Shown one piece after another: positions 8,001 through 23,000 of a stretch of DNA of 64,000 nucleotides. Within the stretch, counting starts at the first letter, position 1. Each line of letters begins with the position of its first letter. Below the pieces are notes generated by a model, which was not told the DNA's origin, made no database searches, and saw only the letters and a list, made by a program, of their open reading frames with translations. This stretch comes from Bacteroidales bacterium (GTDB lineage Bacteria > Bacteroidota > Bacteroidia > Bacteroidales > WCHB1-69): positions 256,875 through 320,874 of the forward strand of contig JBGUPJ010000021.1 in NCBI GenBank assembly GCA_045130235.1, read 5' to 3'. Made by a program: the position numbers and the translations under genes.

Positions 8001-11000
8001 AATTTGCAGCTATATTCGACAAGTACAGAAGATGATATCTTCTATGTGAATGAATCCAATTACGGTGTCTCGACCTACGGTGTGCACTTGGCCAATTGTG
8101 GCCGGTACGACATCGTGCGTTGTCGTATCATTGCTGGAAATGCCAGCCAAGGTAAGAATGGTACTCCAGGAAAGAATGGTGGTGATGGTGGTGATGGTGG
8201 AAATGGAAGCCTTGGTTTGACGGGTGTGATTGAGGATGGCACACCTAATGGTGAGATGGGTACGCAGTTCGTGTCGGGTGGCGCTGGTGGTTTAGGAGGT
8301 AGAGCAGGAACCTCGGCAGGTACAGCTACTCCGGCCGGCCAGGGAGGAAATGGCGGTAACGGTGGCCAGTATGGAACCGAGACCCCGTATTCCACGAATG
8401 CTGGTGGTAATGGAACCGATGGCGGTAACAACCCCAATTCGCGTACGATGGGCCATACCAATGATGCGCAGGCCAGCTCGTCGCCGGGTACCGTAACGGC
8501 TACTGCTCAGTGGTCAAATGCTTCTTTAATACAGACGGCAGCCAATGGCTCTTCCGGTGTGAATGGTGTGAATGGTGTAACGGCTAACCCTGTATATAAC
8601 AACTACTTCAACCCCGGTGTTCAGGTGAATGGTGGCGATGGTACCGGCGGTAGCGGTGGTGGTGGCGGTGGCGGCGGTGGTGCCGCTGCGGCCAAGAACA
8701 CTTACGATTCCGATATGCGTCTGGCACTGGCTTCCGGTAGTGGCGGCGGCGGTGGCGGCGGCGGTGGCGGCGGCGGCCAAGGTGGCGGCGGCGGTTACGG
8801 CGGCGGCTCCTCCTTCGGTATCTACTCCTACAACGATGCCGGCAGCCGTACTATTATGGATTGCTACATCACAGCAGGTTCTGCTGGAATTGGCGGTGAT
8901 GGTGCCATTGGCGGTACTGGCGGTGTCGGCGGTGCCGGTGGCGTGTGCAATGATATTGCCAGCACAAGAGCAAGACGTAACAACAATAATGCTTTGACAG
9001 ATTATATGGCTTATGCCTATGCGGGTTATGGCGACAATGGCGGTTCCGGCGGTTCCGGCGGTTCCGGCGGCCGTGGTGCTAATGGCGCGCCCGGTGCCAG
9101 CCATGCCACCGTCGATGTGACGAACCTCGGTGTGCCGACCGCTCCGGCGGCTGGTTTCACCAACTGGCAGAACCTTACAACACAGCCTGTCATCTATGCG
9201 GGTTCCCATGAACATCCCTATACCAGCTGTACCGATGTGGATATGGACATGTGCGATGAAAACAGTTCGCTTTACTACACGACCTTCGGTAGCGAAGCCA
9301 CCCCGGCATCAGGAAATTCATGTACCACTATCCAATACACGGGTACCACCTCCGACCTCCCTGGTCAGGTGACGGCAACCGGTCGTAAGACCCCGCGCGC
9401 TACGGGTGCTAGCTCTTCCGGATACTATTCCGGATTCAATCTTGTGCTTTTCAGCCCCATCGATCCTGGCCATATCACGGGTAACCCCGATGTGTGTCCG
9501 GGTGATTACAGTTACTGTATCACATACGAACCTGGTTATTTCTATTCTTGGGATATTATTCAAGGTAGAGAATACGCGGAATTCATTTCCGATACCACCC
9601 TCAACTGCGTGGCTGTTACCTTCACGAATATTACAACGGAAGTACAGCAGGTGGCTCTCGAAGTCCAGATCAGCCCGCCCTGCTGCCCGAGTTTTGCACG
9701 CGACACGTTCTGGATCGATGTGGAACCCATGGTTCACATCTCTTATTTGACACCCGATATGCGTCTCTGTACGGGTGATGATGCTACACTGACGGTAACG
9801 GCTACCCCGCCGGATGCCACCTACCAGTGGATGCTGAACGGCAACCCCATCAGCGGCGCTAACACGAATACCTATGAAATTACCGATGCCTCACCTGTCA
9901 ATACGGGTGAGTATGTGGTGGTGGTGACCGGTGCGTGTAATGTGGAGATGGATACGGTGGAGGTGACACTCTATACCATGCCGGTAGTGGAGGTCGTGGT
10001 GGATGAGCCTCTGTGCGTGCCCGACTATCCGCTGTTTATCTTCACCTCTAATATGAATGGAGTGGAAATTACCTATACTTTCGAGGGTAATACCTATACA
10101 GAAATACTTGACGAAGGTGAGAATTATGTGGATTGGATTGAAGCCCACGGCACAGGAATTGTCTCTGTGATTTCAGCCATCTCGCCGGATGGATGCGAGA
10201 ATACTGCTATCTCACAAGACCTGTTCCTCGCCATGAACAGCGATGATGTTACTTCCGCAGGTCCTGACCGTACCTATTGTGAGACATACGTTCCCATAGA
10301 AGCTGTTGAGCCCGACAATGAGGGAGACCATGTGAGTTATGGTCACTGGGAATTCGTATCTGCCATGCCTCCAGCTAATACCGTCATCTTCGACGATGTC
10401 AACGCTTATAGTACCCATATCACAGCCAGTGGCCCTGGCACATACGAGATTCGTTGGGTGCTGACTGTGGAAAGCCCTTGCCCCGACGAAGTGGCCGATA
10501 CAGTGGTGATTACCATCACGCAACCGCTTAACTTCAATTTCAGTCCCAATCCCGCTTCCTGCTATGGTGAACCGGTTGACCTTACCGCAATTGGTAGCGG
10601 CGGAACATCTCCGTACACCTACTATTGGATTGATAATAGCGATCCCTCTAATCCAGAAGTCATTTCCGTAGAAGACCATGCCGATGGCTTAGTGCCTGGT
10701 GTGAACTACTTGTTGGTGATGATGGATGAGAATGAATGCGAACTCGACAGTAACTTTGTTATCGAGCTGCTTGCCTCTCAAACGGTTTCCATCCGTGATA
10801 TTGATACCATTTGTCCTAATGAGAATTCATTCCCCATCACAATTGATATCTCACAGGGTACAGCCCCATTCCATATCTCCCTTTCATGTCAAGGCCGTAC
10901 CTATAATTTTGACTCGGATGAGTCTCAAGTGGATTATACAATGCCTTTGTTGAATACAGGGTGTGACCTTCACGACACTATTTTCATGACTGTATCGGAC

Positions 11001-14000
11001 GATAATGGTTGTACCGCATACGATACGGCTGCTTTCGTGGTCGCAGACATTTACGCGCCCGTCATTTCGGGCATCATCCCGAACGACACCTTCGCTTGCC
11101 CGTCGGATATCCCAGTAGCCTTCAACTCGTTGAGCATGCTGACTCAAAACTTGTCGGGTGGCGATAATACCATCACCGACAATTGCAGCATTGGCGTTAT
11201 GTTGAGTATGACCATGTCGGAGACTACGGATATAGAAGGATGTAAGTACACCATTGTGCGTACTTATACGGTGTCGGATGCTTGCAATAATTCCTCTACC
11301 GTCACCCATACCATCATCGTCGAAGATACCATAGCACCTGTGGTGGTCGGCACGTTGAGTGATATGAATGTGACCTGTGTGGATGATGTTACGTCTGAGA
11401 TCTCAGACCTGAATACCTTGATCTCTACTTACAGACTTACAGTTTCTGACAACTGTTCGCCTCTTGGGGATTTGACTTTGGCGGCCACAACGGAAAACTT
11501 TACTGCTTTGTGTGGAGCCTCCTACATACGTACCTATACCATAACAGATACGTGCGGAAATTCTACAGATATTATTCAGAATATTATTTTTAATGATAAT
11601 ACTCCTCCAGTAGTTACTGGCACATTGCGTGATACTACCATCTATGCGGCAGCAGATTGTAGTTTCTCGAATGTGACAGCCTATGCAACTGTTTCAGATT
11701 TGGCTGTTGCTGGAGTGACCGTTACGGATTGTAATCTTGTGGATGAGATTACTTATGTTGATGATAATACCGATCCCATCGATGTGTGTGAGAAGATCAT
11801 CACTAGAACCTATACCATTACAGATAGCTGTAACAACTCCGTTGACATTTCACAGCAAATCCATGTGGTGGATACTATTTCTCCCGCTGTGGTGGATAAT
11901 CTTCGCGATACCAATGTATATTATATAGATGCGCAATGTCATTACAATGAGGTAGCTGTACTTAATATCACTGATTTCGAGGTTACTGATTGTAATGATG
12001 TGAATCTGACTGTGACGCATCGCGATACGGTGGGCGCTCCTGGCGACTGCGAATGGAGTTATGTGAGAGTCTATTCTTTCACCGACATCTGTAATAATGC
12101 TCCCACTATTTTGGAGCAGACCATTACGGTTCGGGATACAACTCGTCCGCAGGTGGTCGATAATTTGGAAGATACTATATTATATTATACAGGTAATGAA
12201 TGCGAATTGGATCCCTTCCCGCATCTGACTTTGTCGGATTTTGATGTGGAAGATTGTCGGTATGAAAATTTGCAATTCTCTGTTGTTGAACGAGATACTA
12301 CGAGTGGGGGAGAGGGTTGTGAATGGACTTACACTCGCGTTTATACCTTTGCAGATGATTGTAACAACACAACTGTTTCCATCGACCAGCTGATTACGGT
12401 GCGCGACACCACCCGTCCGGACATTGCTGGAACGCTGCCGGATACTACCATCTACCGTTTGGCCGACTGCACCTACGAGCTGCCCGCTAATCTGACCATT
12501 GCTGGGTTGGAGGCCGCCGGCCTGACCATCACCGACTGCAATTTGGACAACACTGTTGCCGTGAGCGACGCCAACTTGGTGGGCAACGACTGTAGTGCGA
12601 CAGTGGTAAGAACTTACACCATCTCTGACCTCTGCGGTAATTCCAACACCATCACCCAGAACATCATCATTGAAGATACTACCCGTCCGTATCTGACTGC
12701 CCCGATTGCCGATTCTCTCCTGACGGCTACCAATTGCGACTTTGTGGTGCCTGATTTCGTGACGATTGCCCGCACATTGGCGGTGGACAACTGTACGGCC
12801 ACGGCTAATATCGACATCCAGCAGTCGGAGGCTGCCGGCACGCCCGTCACCGATGCGATGGATGTGACCGTCACCCTCGAGGATGCCTGCGGTAACGACA
12901 CCAGCTACACCATCCATATCTCGCTGCCCGAAGAGCTGACGCTGACGCTTCATCAAGGCGACACCGCCATCTGCGAAGGCCAGAGCGTGACCCTGCCCAC
13001 CACTTTCACCGGTGGCGTGGCTCCCTATACGTACGAGTGGCAACCCACCAGCGGCCTTAATGTCGCTGATGCCGACACAGTTGTCGCCACTCCGGAAGAT
13101 GGTACTTATAACTATCAGGTGACCATCACCGATAACAACGGCTGTACCGCATCGCAAACGGTTACCGTTATTGTCGATACCCTGCCCGCAGAGCCTACGC
13201 TCACCCCCACACCCGATGTGGCTTGCCAAGGTGGCTCCAACGGTACTATCACTATCGAGGATCCTGTGGGAGCTGGCTACAGCTACTCGCTTAACGGTGC
13301 CGCTTTCCAGGATACTACGAATGTCTATTCGGGACTTTCAGCTAATAACTATACAGTTGTAGTACAATCCAATACGGTCAATGGTACCAACTGTCAGGCA
13401 ACCTCCACCATTGAGGTCGAAAGCTCGCCCACCAACCCGCGTGTCGCTATCGACTCTCTGGATGTTGACCTCCTGCTCTGTCCCAACCAGGGAACACAGG
13501 TGATTACCGCCCGTATTCTCAGCGGCACCGAGCCTTACGTGGTGGCTTGGACGGGTGCTACAGTTGACCCGGCCGACAGTCTGACGGCTACCGTCGCGGT
13601 GGATGCTGCCGCCTGCGATTCCGTTTATACGGTTTCCATTATGATTACTGATGGTAACGAGTGCGAGGCCTCCAGCGAGTATGCCTTCCGTATTGTGGAT
13701 ACGCTGGCTCCCGCCATCCATGGCGTGCTGGTGAACGACACCGTCGCTTGCCCCAACGATGTGCCCGCCCCGTATGCCGATCTGACCGCGCTGAATGCAG
13801 CCCTCGTCGGCAACGATGCCGGTATCGAGGATAGCTGTACCGCGTTCGCCAACTTGGTGATGACGATGGAAACTGCTGATTATACGCAGAGCTGTGATTA
13901 TCAAATTGTTAGAACTTATAATGTGGCCGATGAATGCGGTAATTCATCTTCCATTACCCATACCATCATCGTTCATGATACCATCGCACCTGTTATTACG

Positions 14001-17000
14001 GGTACGATTGATGCCGAGATGGTGGTTTGTGTGGCCGACTTCACCGATGCGGTTCAAACCGTGGATGACCTCTTGGCTCTGTTGCAGGGCGGTACCATCA
14101 CCGACAACTGCTGCGATGCCGAGCATCTTACCCTGACTTCTACCACAGATAACTTCACCTCCTACTGTAATGGAGATTATGTTAGAACTTATACTGTAAC
14201 AGATAGTTGTGGTAATTTTACCTCTATTGAACAGCATTTGATTGTCAATGATAATGTGAATCCTGTGATTGAAGGCACTTTGGCCGACATCACCATCTTT
14301 GCAGACTCTTCCTGCAACCATACCCTTCCCACCGCTTTCACCACTGTGACAGAATTGTCGGCCCAAGGTCTGACCATTACCGACTGCAATCTGGTGTCTG
14401 AAATTCAGTTTGCTGATGCAGATATGGTGGATTATGATGCTTGCAACACGTTGGTTGTCAGAACTTACACGGTATCCGACAGCTGCAACAATTCATCTAC
14501 CATCACGCAGAATATTTATATCCAAGATACCATTCATCCTTGGTTGAGCGAAATGATCGCCGACAGCTTGCTGACGGGTGTGAATTGTGAGTTTGTGGTT
14601 CCTGACTTTGTGGCGATTGCTGTTACTTTAGCGCAAGATAATTGTACGGCACAAGCCGACATCAATGTGGAACAGTCGCCTGCGGCTGGAACTTCTGCTG
14701 ACGCTGATGGTGATGTGACGATTACCTTGACCGATGTCTGTGGCTTGCAGACCACCTACACGGTCCATTACACGCTGCCCACGGAGCCCGTTCTGATGCT
14801 CCATCAGGGCGATACTGCTGTGTGCGAGGGACAGAGCGTGACGTTGCCCACTACGCTGGTGGATGGCACGGCTCCGTTTACCTACTCATGGACTCCGACT
14901 GCCGGTCTTAACGTCACCAATGCTGATACGGTGGTGGCCACTCCCGACAGAGGAACTTACACTTATACTGTGACAGTTACCGATGCCAACGGTTGTACTT
15001 CACAGGTTTCCGTAACCGTTGAGGTGGATACCATCCCCGCTACGCCTGTGATGACGCAAGAACCCAATGTGGCTTGCCACGGCGATGCCAATGGTTCAAT
15101 TACCATTACTCATCCTGTTGGAAACGGCTATAGCTACTCGCTGAATGGAGCTGATTTCCAGGATACTACGAATGTGTATAATGGTCTTATTCAAGGTCAA
15201 TATACGGTGGTGGTGATGACGGATGCGCAAGCAGCTTGCAAAGCCACGAATACCATTGAGGTGGAGAACTCACCGGCTATTCCGAGTGTGGCTATCGATA
15301 CGCTGCTGGTGGATCTTTGTCCCAACCAAGGAACACAGGAGGTGACTGCCCAGATTCTGAGTGGTCTTGCCCCGTATGTGGTAACTTGGGAGAATGCTAC
15401 GATGGATGCTACGGATAGTCTGTTGGCAACGGTTACCTTCGATGCTGCGGTTTGCGATTCCAACTACAGCGTCACGGTACGCATTGTAGATGGCAATGAA
15501 TGCGAAACTTATTCCAACTATGTCTTCCGCGTGGCCGACTCACTCGCTCCCGTGATGGCTGACTTTGTGGATACACTCCGTGTGGAGGGATGCGATGACT
15601 CTGCCGCTCCTGCTGTTTTGACTACGGAAGATGAGCTGGCGACCCTGGGCATGAGCTATACGGATGAATGTACGGCTGTCGGCAACTTTGCGGTAAGCTG
15701 CACCTCCGATACCGCTGGCACCTGTCCGATTGTCATCACCCGCTACTACACCGTGACCGACGAGTGCGGCCATGTGAGTAATCCGGCTATCCATAGAATT
15801 TTGATCGATGATGAAACGGCACCCGAGGTGACCGTGGCCGAGGTGATTGACACGCTCAACAGCTGCGGTGCGCAGAACGCTCCTGCCGCTGCCACCACGC
15901 CTGCCGAATTGCAAGCCATTGGCTTTGCTTTCTCAGACCTCTGCACTGCAACCGCAGACCTGACCCTCTCGCTCGTGGCCGACACGACCTCCGACGGCTG
16001 TACGGTTGAGATGAACCGTACCTATACCGTGACGGATGCTTGTGGAAACGAAAGTGCTGTGATGACGCATATCATCCGCATCCACGACAGCATCGCTCCG
16101 GTCATCAACAATGAGATTCCCGAGCTGACGCTTTACGGCTGCGATACCACTACGGTGTTGGCGGCTTACCCGCCGGCTACTACCGTGGCCGAGCTGCTCG
16201 CACTTGGCGGCATCTCCATCACGGAGGCTTGTACCCCGCAAGACGAAATAGTGGTTCATCATCGTGCCGACTCCACAGGTCTCTGCGAGATTGTGGTTAC
16301 CCGCACCTACTGGGTGGAAGACGCCTGCGGCAACCTCAGCAACGAGGTATCCCACGTGATTCGTATTCTGGATACATTCGCTCCTACTGTGAATGTGACA
16401 TTGTCTGATACGACTATCTATTATACCACCACCCATTGCGACTATGATGAAGTGGCAATACTGAGTCAGGATTATTTCAATGCGCAAGACTGCCATCAGG
16501 TGAATATGGAGGTGGTGCATCACGATACCGTTGGTGCGCCTGGCGACTGCGAATGGAGCTACATGCGTGACTACCGCTTCACCGATGAGTGTGGCAATGG
16601 ACCGGTCATCGTTTCACACCAAATCATGGTGAAAGATACGATGCGCCCGCAGGTGGTCGATGATTTGCGTGATACTATATTATATTTTGTGGGTAATGAC
16701 TGCACACTGCCCACTTATCCGAGATTGACGTTGAGCGACTTTAATGTAGAAGATTGTAGATATGACAATTTGCAATTCTCTGTCATTGAAAGAGATACAA
16801 CGAATAATGGCGAGGGCTGTGAATGGAGTTATACCCGAATTTACACTTTTGCTGACGATTGTAATAATACTTCCGTCAGCATTGACCAGCTGATTACCAT
16901 CCAAGACACTACCCGTCCGGCTATCGACGGCACCTTGCTCGACCTGACGGTTTACCGCTTGGAGGATTGCAGCTTTGTGCTGCCCGACACGCTCACCATT

Positions 17001-20000
17001 GCGGGAATGTCTGAGTCATTGGTTATTACGGATTGCAATTTGGATCACAATAATGTGGGCATTGCTCATTCGGATATGGAAGGCGATAATTGTGATGGTA
17101 CAATCATTAGAACTTACACATTGTCAGATCTTTGTGGCAATTCTACCACCATCAACCAAACCATTCACATTGTAGATACCACTCGTCCATATCTTACTGA
17201 AATCATTCCCGATACGGTACTGGTTTCGAATGATTGTCATTTCGTGGTGCCTGATTTTGTGACGATTGCATACGGTCAGTCTCACGACAACTGCACGGCT
17301 GTCGCTGATCTTACCATCACGCAGTCGGTGGCTGCCGGCACGGATGTGACCGCCGATATGGATGTGACCGTGACGTTGGCCGACGCCTGCGGTAACGACA
17401 CTTCTTATACCATCCACCTCACAATGCCTACCGTGCCTCAGATTACTTTGCATCAGGGCGACACTGCGATTTGCGAGGGCGAGAGTGTGCTGCTGCCGAC
17501 CACCTACGAGAATGGCACCGCGCCGTATGAGTTCAGCTGGACTCCCACCGATGGTTTGAGTAGCACCATGGCTGATACCGTCACCGCAACGCCCGCCCAT
17601 GGCGTGTATGTCTATGTGGTGACCATTACGGATGCTAACGGCTGTACGGCTACGGCGACCGCCACCGTAACGGTGGACACGCTGCCCGCTATTCCGGATC
17701 TTACTTCTGAGCCTAACGTGGCCTGCCATGGTGATGCCAACGGTTCTATCCAGGTGATTGCGCCGCTTGGAACGGGCTACAGCTACTCGCTGGATGGGGT
17801 GACCTTCCAAGATGAGACGCTCTTCGAAAACCTGACCGACAGCAACTATGTGGTGACGGTGCTCACCGCTGAGGGTTGCCAGTCAACAGGTAACGTGACC
17901 GTGGGTCGTTCGCCCGCTATACCGGCGGTGACTATCGACTCGCTGGCCGCCGACCTGCTGCTCTGTCCCAACCAGGGTACGCAGACCATCACAGCTCAGA
18001 TTTTGAACGGTCTGGCTCCGTATGAGGTGACTTGGACGGGGGCTACGCAAAGTGCTACCGACAGTCTGACCGCCACGGTTGACGTGGATGCCACCAACTG
18101 CAACGCAATCTATTCTGTTACAGTTACTATTGTGGATGGTAATGAATGTGAGGCCCATAGCACGTATAATTTCTCCATTGTGGATACGATGACTCCGATT
18201 ATCACGGGCATTGTGCCGAATGACACGGTGGCATGCCCCAATGATGTGCCCGCCGTCTTCGCCGACCTGACGGCTTTGGCTGCCGCACTGGTAGGGGATG
18301 AGACCTCCATTATCGACAGTTGTACGACATTCGCCAATTTGGAAATGTCAGTGGAAACAGCTGAATATGTACAAAGTTGCGAATATCAGATTGTTAGAAC
18401 ATATTCTGTGACAGATGAATGCGGCAATACTTCTTCTATTACCCATACCATCTACATCCATGATACCATCGCTCCTGTTATCAGTGGCACTTTGGCCGAT
18501 GTTACGGTGGTTTGTGTGGAAGATATGCCCGCTGCTGTTCAGACGGTGGCCGAATTGCTCGCAATGCTTCAGGGTGATGATGCGGCCATTACTGACAACT
18601 GTAGTGATTTCGCGGGTCTGACATTGACCTCCGCAACACCTGAATTTACTGCTCTTTGTCATGCTTCGTACGTCAGAACTTATACCGTTTCTGACACTTG
18701 CGGCAATACGACGACCATCACACAAAATCTCATCTTTGAAGATAATGTGAATCCTGTGGTGGAGGGTGCGCTGGCCGACATCACCATCTATACAGATTCT
18801 TCTTGCAACCACACTCTGCCTGCTGCTTGGACGACAGTTGCAGATTTGACGGATGCCGGCTTGGATATTTCCGACTGCAATTTGTCTTCCGATGTGACTG
18901 CGTCTGATGCAGATATGACGGTGGTGGATGCGTGTACAAACTTGGTGGTCAGAACTTACACCGTTTCTGACTCCTGTGGTAATAGTACGACTACTTCACA
19001 GAATATCTATATTGAGGACACCATCCATCCGTGGATGCAGCCGATTGCTGACACTCTGTTGGTGTCAACCGATTGTCACTTCCTCGTTCCTAACTTCGAG
19101 GCTGCTGCTGCGTTGCTGGCACACGACAACTGCACAGCGGATGCTGATATTGACATCCAGCAGTCGATTCCTGCTGGCACTGAGCTGAGCGATGCAGCCG
19201 ATGTGGTGCTGACGTTAACCGACCTCTGCGGATTACAGTCCACCTATACGATTCATGTGACTATCCCCGAAGAATTACAAATCGCAATTTTGCAGGATGA
19301 TACTGCATTCTGCGATGGCGGTAATGTGGCATTGGCCACTGAGGTGACGGGGGGTACTCCCGATTTCACCTACAGCTGGACACCGACTACTGGTTTGGAT
19401 GATCCCGCTTCATCTGCTCCGGTTGCCACTCCTACTGAAGGCACTTATAACTACGAAGTGGAGGTGACGGATGCCAATGGCTGTACGTCCCTGGCCGGTG
19501 TGGAGGTCGTGGTTTGGGAAAGCCCCGACACAGCTGTGGTGACGATTACGCCGAACTCCATGTGCGAGGGCGGCTTCAATGGTATCATTGAGGTGACCTC
19601 TCCGCTGGGTACCTATTACCAATATTCTCTTAATGGTGATGAATATCAGGTTAGTCCGATTTTTGATGAACTGCGTGCTGGCACGTATGTCATTACGGTT
19701 CAGACTTTGGACGGCTGTACATCCCAGAGTGTGACCGTGGTGGTGCCTAACTCCGACAATATGCCGAATGCTTCCATTGTGGTGGACAATCCTGTGATTT
19801 GTCCTAATGCGGGTAATCAGACCGTACATGTTACGGTGACGGGTGGAGACACCCCCTACGGCTATGAATGGTTAGGTGAGGCGGTTATTACTTCTCAGGA
19901 TGATGAGGCCGTTGTGCAGATTGACCCGGATGCCTGCGATAGCGTTTATACTTTCTCCATTGAAGTGGTGGATGTGAATAATTGTGTGGCAACGGCTTAC

Positions 20001-23000
20001 GCAACTATTACCGCTCGTGATGTGGACGCTCCTGTGGTAGATGGTCAGCTTGATTCAATAGTGGTGGATGGCTGCTCAGCTGAGGATGCTCCCGCCGCCC
20101 AAACAGCTGCTGAACAGTTGGAGGGAATGGGAGTGACCATCTCTGATAACTGTACAGACAATGAGGATATCGTTGTGACTTATGCGGATGTGGTGACAGG
20201 TAGCTGCCCGATTCAAGTTACCAGAACTTATACCCTGACCGACCATTGCGGTCTGCAGACTTCTATACCGCAGATTATCCAGATACAGGATGTGGAAGCC
20301 CCGGTGGCAGAAAATCCGGATTTCGAGGAAAATGTACAGGGATGCTCTCTGGCTGATGCTCCTGCGGTGGTTGCCTCGGTGCAGGAATTGAGTGATATGG
20401 GATTTGAGATTTCTGATAATTGTACTGATATTGATGATCTGACTTTCACTTACGAGGAAAGCTCCGCCGGCAATTGTCCGATTATGTTGCTGCGTCAATA
20501 TGTGATTTATGATGTATGTCAGAACGCAAGTGACACATTGTGGCATACGATTTACATTATGGATGATGTTGAACCTGTGATTTCCGGCACGGTCGCAACC
20601 CGCCTAATTGAAGGCTGCGATATTACCGCTTTGGGCGATGATACGCTCGTACATACGGTGGCCGGTTTGCAGGCATTGGGCTTGCAGGTAACCGAGGACT
20701 GTTCGTTCGACGAACTGTTGGTTTATGCTGAAGAAGAGGTGAACGGTCACTGCCCGATAGTGGTTACCCGTAGCTATTTCGTAGAAGATCTTTGTGGAAA
20801 TCGTAGTAATACGGTTACACAAATTATCAATATCCAGGATACTACACCTCCTGTCTTTGAAGGTCTGCCGACTGAATTGACCCTCACTTCCGATGAATGT
20901 CTGTTCTTCGTTCCTGACTTTGAAGAAGAGGCGATGAACCATGTCACCGACAACTGTGGCGGTCTGACATTTGAACAGTCTATAGAAGACGGCACAACAC
21001 TGTCGGCCAGCACAGATATTGTACTGACGATGACCGACGAGTGCGGTAATTCTGCTTCCCATACCATCCATCTTATCGTTCCTGAAGAATTGCAAGTGTC
21101 TATCGCACAGCAAGACACTGCTTTCTGCGAAGGCGGTAGTGTGGTGCTGACGGCAACCGTAACGGGTGGCACTGCCGATTATGTGTTCGCTTGGACTCCC
21201 ACCACCGGCTTGGACGCTTCAGACCAGTCGCAGGTGACGGCCACACCCACCACCGGAGATTATCCGTACGAAATTACAGTGACCGATGCCAATCGTTGTG
21301 TCGCTACCGCCAGTGTAAACGTGACCGTTTACGAGACTCCGGCAGCTGCCGTTTTGGATGCTTCCGACAATACCATCTGTAACGGCACGCCCAATGGCAC
21401 CATTACCGTTACATCACCGCTGGGCGCTTATTATGAGTACTCTCTCAACGGTGGGGAATACCAGTCGGATCCGGTCTTCAGTAACCTGGATGCCGGCGAC
21501 TATGTGGTGGTGGTTCGCACCGCCGACGGCTGCCTCTCTGCTGAGGCGACTACCACGATTCAGACGGTTCTCAACTGGCCTGAAGTCACCATCTCGGTGG
21601 AAGGCAACCTCACCATGTTCTGTCCCAGCGTGGGTACCCGTGAGGTGACCGCAGCAACTACTGGCGGTCAGCCCGAATACACTTATACTTGGTCGGGTGT
21701 GACGAATTCCAACGATGAAACTGCCACAGTGGATGTCAATCCCGACGCTTGTGATACCACCTATCAGGTGATGGTTGTTGTGGAAGATGAATATCATTGT
21801 ACCGCCACCGCTTCCGTTACCCTTACGGCACGCGATGTGACCCCGCCTGCCATCTTAGGCCGTTTGGATACCTCTGTATATTATGGCTGCGATGTGTCGG
21901 TGCTGCCCTCACCTGCTACCACAGGTCTTCAGCTGAACGCCCTCGGCCTGATGTTGTCGGAGAACTGTACGAATCCCGACATCTGCGAGGTTTCCAGCTA
22001 CGATGATGTGTCGGGCTACTGTCCCATCACCATCGTTCGTCATTACACTATCATTGACCATTGTGGAAATGTGAGCAACGAGTTGCAGCAGGTGATGTTG
22101 GTCCTCGACAATGTGGCTCCGACCGTTACAGCGGCGAACATTACAACTAATGTGAACGGTTGCACCGTGGCAGCGGCTCCCGCCGTCATCACCGACCCGA
22201 CCGAGCTGGCTGCATTTGGCTTCACCTTCAGCGACAACTGCTCCGACATCACCGACCTGACGGTGAGCTGCGAGGCCGACACCAGCGACACCCACTGCCC
22301 GATTACCATTGTGCGTACCTACACGGTTACCGACCCGTGCGGAAATAGCAGAGCTGGTATGGTGAATACCATCGAGATCTTCGACAGCGTGGCACCTGCC
22401 CTTTCAGGCACGATTGCTACAGTAGCTATCGATGGTTGCGACCTCACCGCACTGGAGGGCTATGCCGCCGTCACGACAGCGGATGCCCTTGCTGCTCTCG
22501 GCATCACCATCAATGAAGAATGCTCTGATGTGGAAGTGTTCAGCGAGGAGACCTCTGAGGGTGAATGCCCCATCGTGGTCACCAGAACGTATTGGGTGGT
22601 GGATGAATGCGGTAATGTGAGCAACACCGTTTCACAAACTATCAATATTCAAGATACCACCAGCCCTTACTTTACGAGCGTGATTCCTGAACAATATCTG
22701 GTGGGTCAGGGTGGACAGTTTTTCATCCCCGACCTCTCTGCAATTGCGTTGGCTTTGTCTGGCGATAACTGCACACCGCAAGGTCAGATGACCATGACAC
22801 AGACTCCTGCTGTCGGTGTTCAGGTGACCCACGACCAGGATGTGACGGTGGTGATTTACGACCTCTGTAACAATACCGACACCATGCTGGTGCCTGTCAT
22901 TCTGCCCGATGTGCTTCAAATTCACATCGTACAAGATGATGCCCGCTTCTGCTTCGGCGACAGCATCCTGCTGACCCCGTCTGTGGGCGGTGGCTCCGCA

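Noticed and set aside
8150-9100. I considered whether the Gly-rich tract is a collagen-like triple-helix domain.
   Set aside because: There is no sustained G-X-Y periodicity. The runs are poly-Gly and GGxGG, so I describe it only as a low-complexity Gly-rich segment.
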